Part shown: one piece after another, positions 38,050 to 51,191 of the stretch
Layout: every line of letters begins with the position of its first letter
Position numbering within the stretch: position 1 is the stretch's first letter
From: Octopus sinensis
Lineage: Eukaryota
DNA: 64,000 nt
Assembly: GCF_006345805.1 (NCBI RefSeq)
Contig: NC_043017.1
Coordinates: 12,710,001-12,774,000 of the forward strand
Direction of reading: 5' to 3'
The notes under the pieces: generated by a model
The model's database searches: none
Seen by the model: only the letters and a program-made list of their open reading frames with translations
Told to the model about the DNA's origin: nothing
Translations under genes and position numbers: made by a program

Positions 38050-38440
38050 TCCACAATAACCAGGCTTAAATTTCATTTTCCATTCCTAGCTTAATCTGAC
38101 ACATAGATTGCCATGCTACTCATAAATCTTCTTGGTAGTTTAATTATTTGGTGAAAAAAAACACCATCAAAGCAACTTAAACAGTTTCGACACTCTCCGG
38201 AGGTATGGCAAGGAGTCAAATCCTGATACCACACATATGGCTTTCCAGTAGCAACCCTCTCCAGCCACAGTTTGACTGCAGTCTCCAGCAGCTTCACATA
38301 GATGTCTGAATTGAGCCAAAGGCCCTGTTCAAAGATGCAGGGCAGCATCATATCACTCTTACTGGAGACACAATCAAAAACCATTGAAATTTGGGAAACT
38401 GGATTTTCATGATGTCCGTATCACATCTTAAAGCCTTTAC
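38050..38440 (-). mobile_element. Tc1/mariner-type transposase catalytic-domain remnant
   Basis: MVFDCVSSKSDMMLPCIFEQGLWLNSDIYVKLLE...GKPYVWYQDLTPCHTS. A WPPNSPNCNP fragment also lies at ~41465-41510 (-). Confidence 0.85.
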
Positions 38441-38527
38441 TGCATTCACAAACCCATTTAACAGGGGTCATGATACGAGTATTTTGACACCTAGAATGAA
38501 TCATCGTGATAAAGGTAACTCTTTTCC

Positions 38528-39860
38528 GACAAGCTGGCAGAAGCGTTAGCGCGCCGGACGAAATGCTGAGCGGTATTTCGTCTGCCGCTACGTTCTGAGT
38601 TCAAATTCCGCCGAGGTCGACTTTGCCTTTCATCCTTCCGAGGTCGATTAAATAAGTACCAGTTACACACTAGGGTCGATATAATTGACTTAATCCGTTT
38701 GCCTGTCCTTGTTTGTCCTCTCTGTGTTTAACAACTTGTGGGTAGTAAAGAAATAGGTATTTCGTCTGCCGCTACGTTCTGAGTTCAAATTCCGCCGAGG
38801 TCAACTTTGCCTTTCATCCTTTCAGGGTCGATTAAATAAGTACCAGTTACACACTAGGGTCGATATAATTGACTTAATCCGTTTGCCTGTCCTTGTTTGT
38901 CCTCTCTGTGTTTAGCCCCTTGTGGGTAATAAAGAAATAGGTATTTCATCTGCCGCTACATTCTGAGTTCAAATTCCTCCGAGGTCGACTTTGCCTTTCA
39001 TCTCCTTTCGGGGTCGATTAAATAAGTACCAGTTACACACTAGGGTCAATATAATCGACTTAATCCATTTGTCTGTCCTTGTTTGTCCTCTCTGTGTTTA
39101 GCCCCTTGTGGGTAATAAAGAAATAAGTATTTCGTCTGCCGCTACGTTCTGAGTTCAAATTCCGCCGAGGTCAACTTTGCCTTTCATCCTTTCGGGGTCA
39201 ATTAAATAAGTACCATTTACGCACTGGGGTTGATATAATCGACTTAATCCGTTTGTCTGTCCTTGTTTGTCCTCTCTGTGTTTAGCCCCTTCTGGGTAGT
39301 AAAGAAATAGGTATTTCATCTGCTGCTACATTCTGAGTCCAAATTCCGCCGAGGTCGACTTTGTCTTTCATCCTTTCGGGGTCGATTAAATAAGCACCAG
39401 TTACACACTGGGGTCGATATAATCAACTTAATCCGTTTGCCTATCCTTGTTTGTCCTCTCTGTGTTTAGCCCCTTGTGGATAGTAAAGAAATAGGTATTT
39501 CATCTGCCGCTACGTTCTGAGTTCAAATTCCGCCAAGGTCGACTTTGTCTTTCATCCTTTCGGGGTCGATTAAATAAGTACCATTTACGCACTGGGGTTG
39601 ATATAATCGACTTAATCCGTTTGTCTGTCCTTGTTTGTCCTCTCTGTGTTTAGCCCCTTCTGGGTAGTAAAGAAATAGGTATTTCATCTGCTGCTACATT
39701 CTGAGTCCAAATTCCGCCGAGGTTGACTTTGCCTTTCATCCTTTCGGGGTCGATTAAATAAGTACCAGTTACACACTGGGGTCGATATAATCAACTTAAT
39801 CCGTTTGCCTATCCTTGTTTGTCCTCTCTGTGTTTAGCCCCTTGTGGGTAGTAAAGAAAT
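38528..39860 (+). mobile_element. SINE family C: one head + seven tandem 184-bp bodies, 15-bp TSD aggtaactcttttcc
   Basis: Unit starts at 38572, 38756, 38940, 39126, 39310, 39494, 39678; TSD at 38513-38527 and 39861-39875. Confidence 0.96.
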
Positions 39861-40533
39861 AGGTAACTCTTTTCCAATATTCAGATGGTCTCCAATCTTC
39901 CATGTCCGCTAACCTTTTCTCAACTACAACTTAAATCTTTATTCTCTGCAATGGCTTTGACGATTCACCAATATACATCAAGCTGTTTCTGAAAAAAAGG
40001 AGACGTGAAATACCATGAATTTTAAGCCAAACTTCCTGTACAAAATGGTGCAGACATATCACTGCATGTTGCATTCTATGAAAGAGAGTACCATATTTTT
40101 TTCTGATTCTGCATCCAGGGGTGGGGTTGTCGAGGTGTGTGTGTGAGTGTGTGACAATTTTGGGGTAATTTCTTGGTATTGATAAGCCACCCTCACTTTC
40201 CTCTCTCCCTTCTTTCTGGCTGTTAGTCGTAGAGAGAATAAATAGCAACTCAGCTGATTGTGTGTGTGGTGTGTGTGTGTGTGTGTGTACAGCCGTAAGT
40301 ATGTGACACTGAAACCCACAGTTCTACACCCTCCATCCCTCCAGCTACCCCTCCGCCCCACCATCCACCCCTCCACCCCACCATCGCTTTCTACCTTGTC
40401 TCAGTTTGTTTTCTATTAATATTTTTTTGCATTCTTTTGCCTTTTCTTTTCTTTTCTTCTTTTCCTTTCATCTTTTTAGGGCACTCTTTGTTGGTGTGTG
40501 TGCGTGTGTATGCAAACATATATATATATATGT

Positions 40534-40572
<39 letters not shown>

Positions 40573-40825
40573 ATGTATGTTATGTGAGTGTGTGTGTACA
40601 TATGTGTGTATGGGTGTATATAAGTTTGTGTGAATATGTGTCATGTAAGTGTGCGTGTGTGTGTGTATGTATGAATATGTGTACGCGTGTGTGTGTACGT
40701 ATGTGGGTATGTGTGTGTGTGTGTGTGGTGTGTGTGTGTGGTGAAATGTGTCTGTAAGTGTGCGTGGTGGTGTGTGTGTTGTATGATGAATAGTGTACGC
40801 GTGTGTGTGTACGTATGTGGGTATG

Positions 40826-40859
<34 letters not shown>

Positions 40860-41506
40860 ATATATGTTTGTGTGAATATGTGTGTGTGTCTGTATGTGAG
40901 TAGGTAAGTACATGTATGTGTGTATATATATATATTTGTGTGTATATATGTGTATGCGTGTGAATGCACTTGTGTGTATATATACATGTGTGTATGTGTG
41001 TGTGTGTGTGTGTGTGTGTTTGTAAACTGACTTTGGTATTTCTACCACACACCCACACATTCCCCTGCCGCCCCCTCCACACTCCTCCTCCTCTCTCCCC
41101 CACTACCTCATACCTCCACCAACTGCTGGCTTGCAACTCTGCATGTATTGTCATAGGTATGCATGCTTGTGTGCATGTGTGTGTATGTGCATGTGTGTGT
41201 GTCTGTCTGCATGTGTGTGTGTGCATGTATGTGTGCATGTGTGTGTGTGCGAGTGTGTGCGTATGTATACATGCTTATATGCTTATATATACGAGGGAAT
41301 ATCTTCCACTTTATCTTCAAAATTATATGAAACATGCGACATAACCCTTCTCCCTAGGCTTGGATTTTGTGTTCCAAATTTCATTAGGATTTGTCCAGTA
41401 GTTTTCAAGTCTGTATGTAACACATGAACACACAAACTCACGGACATTGACCTTTATATAACAGATATAGGGATTACAATTAGGGGAATTAGGAGGCCAG
41501 AAATTG

Positions 41507-41875
41507 GGCGGTGTGGCTGTGTGATAAGAAGCTTGCTTCCCAACCACATATTTCCTGGTTCAGTCCCAATGTGTGACACCTTGGGCAAGTGTCTTCTACT
41601 ACAGCCTCGGGCCGACCAAAGCCTTGTGAGTGGATTTGATAGACGGAAACTGAAAGAAGCTCATCGTATATATATATGTCTGTGTATATTTGTGTGTGTG
41701 TCTGGGGTTAACCAATGTTTGTGAGTTTACATCCCCATAACTTAACAGTTCAGTAAAAGAGTCCGATAGAATTAGTATTAGGCTTACAAATAATAAGTCC
41801 TGGGATCGATTTGTTCTACTGAAGGCAGTGCTCCAGCATGGCCACACTCAAATGACTGAAACAAGTAAAAGAGTA
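41507..41875 (+). mobile_element. SINE family A
   Basis: Consensus match, diverged. Confidence 0.85.
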
Positions 41876-42630
41876 TATATCGTTGCTATTATGCAAGTGT
41901 CGTAAGTCCAAAATGTTGCTTTTTCAGAAAATGAAAAAATAGTTTCGCCATTCCGTTTCTTTTTACATTAGCAACAGTTTCAGCTTAATAATAATACTTT
42001 GGCTGCTCTGGAGTAGTGCTGTGCCATGGGGGTGAAGCAAACTATAATAATACTTTGTTGGGTGCATAAAATCATAACTCCATGCATGTATGATATTTTC
42101 AGTCAGAAACATTTTTTGCAAAACTGTCTCATATGTGGGACTTACTGCACTTTTGAAAAATGCTAAGCCGTTGTACAATTTTCATATCTTGGCATCTGAA
42201 GCAGCTGGAGATATGATAGTTTGACCAAAAGAACGAGCTATTGCAAGCAAAATCAAATATTTAAAAAATTGCATTTGGCCAAATTTGGACATACAACAGT
42301 TTAACATAATAGCAACAATATAGATGAAACCTTTAGCGACTGAAGAAGGGGTTTTTTCTTTGTGTTAATTGTCTTGTACTCTATATTTTTTTGCTGTTTT
42401 TAAAAAAAGGTCCAGTTCCTTTGGTTTGTGTCTATGTTTTCGTTTCTCATTGTGTTCGACGTCCTTTTAGTGTCCTGTACTCATATATGCGTGTATATGT
42501 ACATGTAGAGGTAGGTACGTACATATATGTTTATATATATGCATATGTTTTATTTTATTTATTAATATATATATATATATATTGTTGATATTATGTTAAA
42601 CTGCCGTATGTCCAAATTTAGCCAATTTAC

Positions 42631-42659
<29 letters not shown>

Positions 42660-42664
<5 letters not shown>

Positions 42665-42815
42665 CAGGCATATTTCACTTTCCATTTACCAAATCCACTC
42701 ACAAAACTTTTGGTCTGCTCAAGGCTATGGTGGAAGACACTTGCCCAAGGTGTCACAGAGTGAAATTGAACTTGGGGCCATGTGGCTGGGAAACAAACTT
42801 CTTACCACACAGCCA
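42660..42815 (-). mobile_element. SINE family A 5' half, antisense
   Basis: Reverse-complement match. Confidence 0.8.
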
Positions 42816-42858
42816 CATCAACACACACACACACTACACGCACACACACACACATACA

Positions 42859-42898
<40 letters not shown>

Positions 42899-43204
42899 GA
42901 ATCGCACAAAAGAAACTAACCTGAACTGGGTGTGTATGTGTTGTGGTTCAGTCGAGGACAATGAGAAAGTATTTCAGTCAGAGTGTGTGGGTTGCCTTTT
43001 CATGAGTTGCTGTATTTAGGTTGACGTTGACTTATCTTCATATCCACACAATTGAGTGGAACTGGTTGTGGGTGTGAGTCTGCTCCACACTTCACTGAAA
43101 CAAATAATCTTAAACTTTCATAGACCATTACATTGGCTTTTGTTGTTGTGCAAGTGTGGGTGTGCGCTAAAAGTTTGCTTCACACCCAACCATGGCACAG
43201 CAAT

Positions 43205-43935
43205 ACTCCAGAGCAGCCAAAGCTTTGTGAGTGGATTTGGTAGATGGAAACTGAAAGAAGCCCATGACATGTATATATGAATATGTATATGTATATATAT
43301 GTATATATAACTGAAAGAAGCCCGTCGTATATATGCATATATATGTGTGTTTGTGTCCCCCTAGCATTGCTTGACAACCGATGCTGGTGTGTTTATGTCC
43401 CCGTTACTTAGCGGTTCGGCAAAAGAGACCGATAGAATAAGTACTGGGCTTACAAAAGAAAGTCCCGGGGTCGAGTTGCTCGTTAAAGGCGGTGCTCCAG
43501 CATGGCCGCAGTCAAATGACTGAAACAAGTAAAAGAGTAAAAGAGTAAAAGAGTATGTAATATATATATATATATCATCATCATCATCATCATCGTTTAG
43601 CGTCCGTTTTCCATGCTAGCATGGGTTGGACGGTTCTACTGGGGTTGTGAAGCCGAGGCTTCATCAGGCCCAGTCAAATCTGGCAGTGTTTCTACGGCTG
43701 GATGCCCTTCTAACGCCAACCACTCCGTGAGTGTAGTGGGTGCTTTTCACGTGCCACCCGCACTGGTGCCATACAGAGCTGGCAAACGGCCACGAACGGA
43801 TGGTGCTTTTTATGTGCCACCGGCACGAGGGCCAGGCGAGGCTGGCAATGGACACGAAACGGGGCGGTGCTGGCAACGGTCGCGAAACGGAAGTTCTCTT
43901 ACATGCCACCGGCACTGGTAACACATCTGCAATTT
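43205..43935. mobile_element. SINE A (+, 43205-43553) and family D (-, 43576-43935)
   Basis: Consensus matches. Confidence 0.88.
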
Positions 43936-43973
43936 CCATTGATCGATTTCGATTCTTATCCTCGATTCTGATA

Positions 43974-44013
<40 letters not shown>

Positions 44014-44044
44014 TATATAATAATATAGATCCTCGATTCTGATA

Positions 44045-44078
<34 letters not shown>

Positions 44079-44308
44079 TATGTGTGCATGTATACACACA
44101 TATGGGGTGGTGGTGGTGGTGAGGATGATGATGATGATGATGATGATAATGATGATGATGATGGTGGTGGTGGTGGTGGTGATGATGATGGTGATGATGA
44201 TGATGATGATGAGGAGGAGGAGGAGGAGGATGGTGCATACCTCCAACTTTTCAAAATTAAAGATTCTTGATTTTTTCCTTAGCACAGATGCTCCCCAAAT
44301 GCACGCAT

Positions 44309-44345
<37 letters not shown>

Positions 44346-44564
44346 TACACACACACACATTCACACATTCTGATGTTCCAGCAATTCTAACCTTCTTCTG
44401 AAAAAGGTCCCTAGTCCCCGACATTTAAGGGTTTCATAGAGGCGACAGTTTAGGGCTGAATCATTTCCCGGCCACGACCTGTGTCCCTTTTTCCACCACC
44501 ACCACCCCGCCTCCGACTCCGTGCCTGTCTATTTACTAAACTCTTCATCTTCTTATTTCTTCAG

Positions 44565-44774
44565 ATTGGTTCACTGCAAATACTGAAAGAGATCTCCGAT
44601 AACCCTCAAGTGCGGCGCTCCATTGCTGACTTGGGAGGTCTCCAAACCATGGTGAATATTCTTCAAGAACACAACAAGGACCTGAAGTGTTTGGCAGCTG
44701 AAACCATTGCCAATGTCGCCAAATTCCAAAGGGCCCGGCGCACTGTCCGTAAGCATGGAGGCATCAAACAATTG
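44565..44774 (+). CDS. ODAD2: ODAD2/ARMC4 armadillo-repeat exon (210 nt, phase 0/0): [18 protein letters not shown]...KHGGIKQL
   Basis: Matches ARMC4 IGSLKILKEISHNPQIR...[14 protein letters not shown]; ttcag acceptor, GTACGT donor. Confidence 0.96.
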
Positions 44775-45090
44775 GTACGTTAATTAAAACATGTTTTTGT
44801 TGTTGCTGTTGTTGTTGTCATTGTTGTTGGTGGCATGGCGTCGTTGTTGTTGTTGTTGTTGTTAGGGTCGTTGATTTCTAAATCCCTGGTTTGCACACTT
44901 AACAACAATGTATGTATCACGTACAACACTTTGTTCACTGCATTGCAGTTCTCAGGAAAGAGCCATAGAGAAAGGGTCAGAGTATATAAAGGGGCCATGA
45001 GGAAATTTGAAACTATCGTACGTAACAATAGGAATGGGATTTGCCCACTCTATGAAGTTAGTTGATCTGTGTGTATGTATATATATATAG

Positions 45091-45138
<48 letters not shown>

Positions 45139-45242
45139 AATAATGAAGGGTGAAATTAATTAATTTGGAATAATTATCAATTACACCAAGTAGTCTTCGC
45201 ATGTAAAAGCCTCATTCGAGGAAAATTTAGTAATAAGTATTA

Positions 45243-45290
<48 letters not shown>

Positions 45291-45988
45291 TATATACATA
45301 TATATATATATACATATATAGACACGTGTGTGTGTGTGGTGTGTGTGTGTGTGTGTGTGTACTTTCACATACAAATATACAGAAGGAGGTGAGGTGAGGG
45401 AAATTTAGCTGCTATTTCTAGCAGATCAACTAACTGCATAGAATCACCACCACTCCCTCACTTTCAAAAGCTCACCAAACTCTAATGAAAGCCTATTATT
45501 GTACAATAATCAATAAAACTCTGCTCACATTCCACAACAACCTCACATTCTTAATGTATTTACGTCTGCGTTTGGAAAAGATTTTATTTTTTAATTACCC
45601 AAAAACTTTTGTGCATAATGAGCCGCTAATATGCTAATATGCACATGTATGCAGCCTGCACATGACATTTCTATGCACTTGCACACATGCAGTGGAACTA
45701 ACGAGCGTGCCTTGCCTCTAACGTGGTCATGGGATCTGCTAGAACTTGCAGCCAACTTGATATAAATGTCGTTAACAGGGTTATAAATCCAAGATCAAGC
45801 ATAACCTGCGAAACCAGTTTTAGGAGTTTATTTATGGAATCAATAGTTATGGGTTCATCAGGGCATAACCTCCTGTTTCCCACCCTGATCCTAACCCAAA
45901 CCCTCCCACCCACCCATCATCCTATTCTACACACCAGTTACCACTAACAGTAACATGGTTGGTTGTTTTTTTTTGTGTTTTTCTTTTT

Positions 45989-46900
45989 AGGCGTAGGAGT
46001 GGCTGTGTGGTACGTAACTTGCTTACCAACCACATGGTTCCGGGTTCAGTCCCACTGCGTGGCATCTTGGGCTAGTGTCTTCTACTATACCCTCGGGCCG
46101 ACCAAAGCCGTGTGAGTGGATTTGGTAGACAGAAACTGAAAGAAGCCCATCGTATATATGTATATATATATGTATGTGTGTGTGTCTGTGTTTGTCCCCC
46201 TAGCATTGCTTGACAACCGATACTGGTGTGTTTATGTCCTCCGTAACTTAGCGGTTCGGCAAAGAGGCCGATAGAATAAGTACTAGGCTTACAAAGAATA
46301 AGTCCTGGGGTCGATTTGCTAGACTAAAGGCAGTGCTCCAGCATGGCCACAGTCAAATGACTGAAACAAGTAAAGAGAGTAAGAGTAGGAGTGACTGTGT
46401 GGCAAGTAGCTTGCTTACCAACCACATGGTGCCAGGTTCAGTCCCACTGCATGGCACCTTGGGCAAGTGTCTTCTGCTATAGCCTCGGGCCGACCAAAGC
46501 CTTGTGAGTGGATTTGGTAGATGGAAACTGAAAGAAGCCCGTCGTATATATGTGTATATATGTGTGTATGTATGTGTGTATATGTTTGTGTGTCTGTGTT
46601 TGTCCTCACCCAACATCACTTGACAACCGATGCTGGTGTGTTTACGTCCCCCGTAACTTAGTAGTTTGGCAAAAGAGACCGATAGAATAAGTACTAGGCT
46701 TACAAAGAATAAGTCCTGGGGTCGATTTGCTTGACTAAAGGTGGTGCTCCAGCATGGCCACAGTCCAATGACTGAAACAAATAAAAGAGACCGATAGAAT
46801 AAGTACTAGGCTTACAAAGAATAAGTCCTGGGGTCGATTTGCTCGACTAAAGGCGATGCTCCAGCATGGCCACAGTCCAATGACTGAAACAAGTAAAAGA
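45989..46900 (+). mobile_element. Two tandem SINE A copies; the second has a duplicated 3' module
   Basis: Heads at 45989 and 46387; 3' module repeated within 46670-46900. Confidence 0.9.
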
Positions 46901-47099
46901 GTATGCTGATATTGCCTATATTCTTTCGATCTTAACACTGAACATTCCCTTCAATCCATTAACTTATTCCCATGCTCACACATCATCACATTCATGGTCA
47001 TCTTAACGTGTACCTTTCCATTCTACTTCTCTATGCTTGCATGGATCAGACAAGATTATGTAAGGGTTCAGTTTTCTACATTCACATAACCTCTTCAAT

Positions 47100-47760
47100 G
47101 TGAACCCCCACTTGCTTGCAAAGGATAATCTCACAGTCAACCAAACAATAGACAGATTTTCCCATGATGTGATCAGCCTAGTACAGTGGTTCCCAACCTG
47201 TGGTCCATGGACCTCTGGTGGTCTGCAAAGGTAATACTGGGGGGGTCCATGAGCATGTTGAACTAACAGACCTTTCAATATCCTGGGATCCATGGGAACA
47301 GTCATTTAACCCTTTAGTATTTAAACCGGCCATATCCGGCCAAATGTATTCTGCCTGTTTTATGTTCAAACTGGCCAGATCTGGTCTCTCACACCAACCC
47401 TACAATATCATTTTAAAAATTAACAGCTACCTCATTAAAACCTCATAGCTACAAGATAATGTGTGATTAGTTCAAAACAATGTGGATAAAAAAGCATTAA
47501 TTTTGGCAGAATGTGAACACTAAAGGGTTAAATAAAAAGGGTCTTTGGTAGTGAAAAGGTTGGTAACCACTGACCTAGTACACTTTTGATCAGGTGTCAG
47601 AAGAAATGGCAACCACCAAGCAGAAACCTTCATCATGCCAATTTTATTGTACAGAATATTCTCAACACTCTCATGGGGTATACTAATAGCATTGGTTATT
47701 TGATTTATAGTCAATCGCCTGTCATCCATCACAATCAAGGTTTTCCTCTGTGGGGGCAGT
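47100..47760 (-). mobile_element. Mariner remnant containing a hAT MITE (47184-47572), which contains a piggyBac MITE (47306-47531)
   Basis: MDDRRLTINQI...GMMKVSAWWLPFLLTPDQK|TRLITSWENL; hAT ends cagtggttcccaacc/aggttggtaaccactg with 8-bp TSD (g/a)cctagta. Confidence 0.85.
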
Positions 47761-47871
47761 TGCAGGAAATCCAGGCTTTGAGTCATCTCCAAGACTCTCC
47801 CTTCCCTTAAAAAATGCAGCTGCCCAGAACCATGCTTGCACATGTGCCAATGCAAAAAACTCTTGGACCTT

Positions 47872-48031
47872 GAGTCACTCTGTGGTAAGAAGCTTGCTTC
47901 CTAACCACATGGTTCTGGGTTCAGTCCCACTATGTGATACCTTGGGCAAGTGTCTTCTACTATAGCCTTGGGCCAACCAAATGCTTCTGATGGATTTGGT
48001 AGATAGAAACTGAAAAAAGCCTGTCATATGA

Positions 48032-48069
<38 letters not shown>

Positions 48070-48292
48070 TGTGTGTCTGTGTGTGTGTGTGTCTGTGTGT
48101 GTATCCCCCATCATCACGTGACAACTGATGCTGGTGTTTACATCCCCATAACTTAGCAGTTTGTCAAAAGAGACCAATAGAATAAGTACTAGGCTTATAA
48201 GGAATAAGTCCTGGAGTCAATTTGTTTGACTTAAGGCAATGCTCCAGTATGGCCACTGTCAAATGACTGAAACAAGTAAAAAATAAAAGAAT
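47872..48292 (+). mobile_element. SINE family A, diverged
   Basis: Consensus match. Confidence 0.82.
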
Positions 48293-49719
48293 ATATGCAC
48301 ACCTTTCCATACGCATACGCATACTCACACATATCCACACATCCATACATGCACACATGCCCACACACACACACATACACACACAAATGTGATGCTAACA
48401 AAACGTTCCAAAGTTGCTGGTTTGCCGATGCTGTAGTAACAATGACGTCATCATCATCATCAGCAGCAGCAGTGTCATCGTCTAATGTCCCTTTTAACAT
48501 TCTAGAATGGGTTGGACAGTTTGATATGTACTGATGAGCCAGAGCACCATGCCTGGGAGCAATATCTGCTTTGGTGTGCTTTCTATAGCTGGATGTTCTT
48601 CCTAGTGCCAGCCATTTCACAGAATGCAGTGAATGTCTTTTTGTGGCACCAGCACCAGTGAGGTCACCAAGTTAACTTATAAGACAAGATCCCTCAATCA
48701 ACTGAGGAATATGAAAATATGATGGAGGGCAGGCAGGCAGGAGCAGGTGTTTTGTTGAAGATCTGAGTACCCTGTTACCACATCCCAAGGAGCAGATACT
48801 TTGTTGAAGATGTATAACAAGTAAAAGTGTTTAGAATCTCTGAATATTAGTGATGGCCACATAGCTTGTATCATGAATTAGTATTGTTGGTTTTTGGTTT
48901 CCAAAGAGCCAATCAGTAGTTCACTGTATTGGTGAAGGGTACAATGACAAGGGAGTGGCTGTGTAACTAGGGCAGAATAAATACTACAAGGTATTATTGA
49001 CACATTGCTTTTCTAGCTGCTATTTCTAGCAACCTGGGTGTCCTTGGTGCAAGGTGTCCTTATTGGCTTGAAGCATTACGAGTGACCTGATGAGAAACAG
49101 CCAACTGTTGAATGTAGCGTCAATCATTTCTTTAACAAGTGTGTAGGCTGGGCAAATGAGGTCAAGGGAATATTTCACCGTAAACTTTCCAGCAACTAAA
49201 AGAATGTGCGCTACCTGTTGTCTTTATCGATCTCTGTCCAAACAAACAACCAGGTGTTTGGTATTGATTCCTACACGAGCATGCACACACACACACATGC
49301 ACATGCGTGCACACGTGCACACACACACACACATACACACACGCACATGGACAGATGCTTAATTGTTTTGTTGTTTGTGAGAGGGTTTGTTTCATGCAAA
49401 CTGAATGCAGCACTTCGTACATGTATGCATGTATGTGTGTGTGTGTATCATATATAGACAGATAGACAGACACCCACACACACACACACACACCTTATAT
49501 ACATGCACACATGCATGCACATACATATATGTGTGTGTGTGTAGATATATAAGCAAGAGACATACACATGAGGAACAACTTGCCAATAAAGCAATGTGTC
49601 AATAATACCTTGTAGTATTTATTCTGCCCTAGTTACACAGTCACTCCCTTGTCATTGTTCCCTTCACCAATACAGTGAACTACTGATTAGCTCTTTGGAA
49701 ACCTAAAACCAACAATACT

Positions 49720-50123
49720 AATCTTTATATATAAAAGTGAGGTTGTGTGTATTAGAGTCTGTCTCCTACGATTTAGATTCCTAACTACTCCCATATTTTG
49801 CGGTGCAGTGTAACCAAAAGCGGGTATCTTATAGTCGTGATTCATATCGAGCCCTTCTGGGTATTAGCACGTGTCTACGATGAGTCTACGATTAAAAAAA
49901 AAATTTACCATCAATTTTTCCCATTTTTAATGCATTTTTGGCATATATAAGGGAAGTAACTCTCTAAAAATTTATTATTAAATCTCAGAACGTAAAAAGC
50001 TACTGTAACACCCCTCCTTTGGGGTTAGCCATATTGAGATGGCTACTATACTTTACATCTCTAAAAATGCTTATATAGTTATTTCCCTTACAAACCTGAG
50101 CAACGCCGGGCGGTACTGCTAGT
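49720..50123 (+). mobile_element. Helentron/HINE-like element
   Basis: Begins atctttatatataaaa, ends gagcaacgccgggcggtactgctagt. Confidence 0.65.
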
Positions 50124-50391
50124 ACATGATACAAACTATGTGGCCATCACTAATAAATTTTTACTTCTTTTTTGTCTTTGGTCAGTAAGTGCTATTTTTT
50201 AATTTGCTTCTGTCTAGAAATCAAAGGAAATGACCACTATTCCTTTCAAACTTTTGCTTTTGTGATCTGGACATCAATGTTCTGAAACTGACCTATTTTC
50301 CATTAGATTTCAGACAGATTCAGCAAATATTCTGCTCAATACCACAGATTTGCTTGTCAGTTGCTTGACCTTAACCACTCAAGCATGTCCC

Positions 50392-50618
50392 TTAACCCTT
50401 TAGTGTTCAGATTATTCTATCAAACATAATGCTTATTGATTCACATTGATTTGAATTAATCAAGCATTATCTCATATCTTCAAGATCTTGATGGTGTAAT
50501 TACTTAATGTAGAATAACATTGTAGGGTAGGCGTGAGAGCCTGGATCTGGTCAGTTTGAGCATAAAACAGATTAAATATTTTGGCCGGATATGGCCGGTT
50601 TAAATACTAAAGGGTTAA
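50392..50618 (+). mobile_element. piggyBac-like MITE
   Basis: TTAA-flanked, same TIRs as the 37194 copy. Confidence 0.88.
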
Positions 50619-51074
50619 TGGCTGATAATATGCATAGCTCTAATAAGGAGCAGGAGTATTGGGGGGAACACCATAGCCATGTGCTGAGAGGGATTCTTTG
50701 GGGTTTGAATAAATGTAAGAAAAGCAATGTTTGACGGAAATATTAGCTGTTTTTTCATACTTTTTTAGGGGTAAACAAATAGGAAATAACAGTTGCTAAT
50801 CCTGAACAAAAATCGTGTTTTACACTGTTATTAACCCCTAAAACTGACGTGACGATTCTAGATTGTTCCCTTGCTCCTACTGTAGCCAATTATTAGGTTT
50901 AAAGTGGTGGATGATAGAAGACCTATAATCAATACCTCTCGGTGTAACCGGGTCAGCAGTGTCGGATCAATCAAGAAAACAAGTTGTTCCATCGAGAATA
51001 TTGATCCCATCCCTAAAACAATTCTCAGAATAGGTCAGCAGATGTTTCTTGCTGGTCCCTAAAGTTGATAAGTC

Positions 51075-51076
<2 letters not shown>

Positions 51077-51115
<39 letters not shown>

Positions 51116-51137
51116 CCACCATCATCATCACCACCAC

Positions 51138-51191
<54 letters not shown>

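Noticed and set aside
45135-45240. TA-flanked segment with gaatgaggc...gcgaag on the minus strand as another hammerhead
   Set aside because: The core deviates at too many positions to fold credibly.
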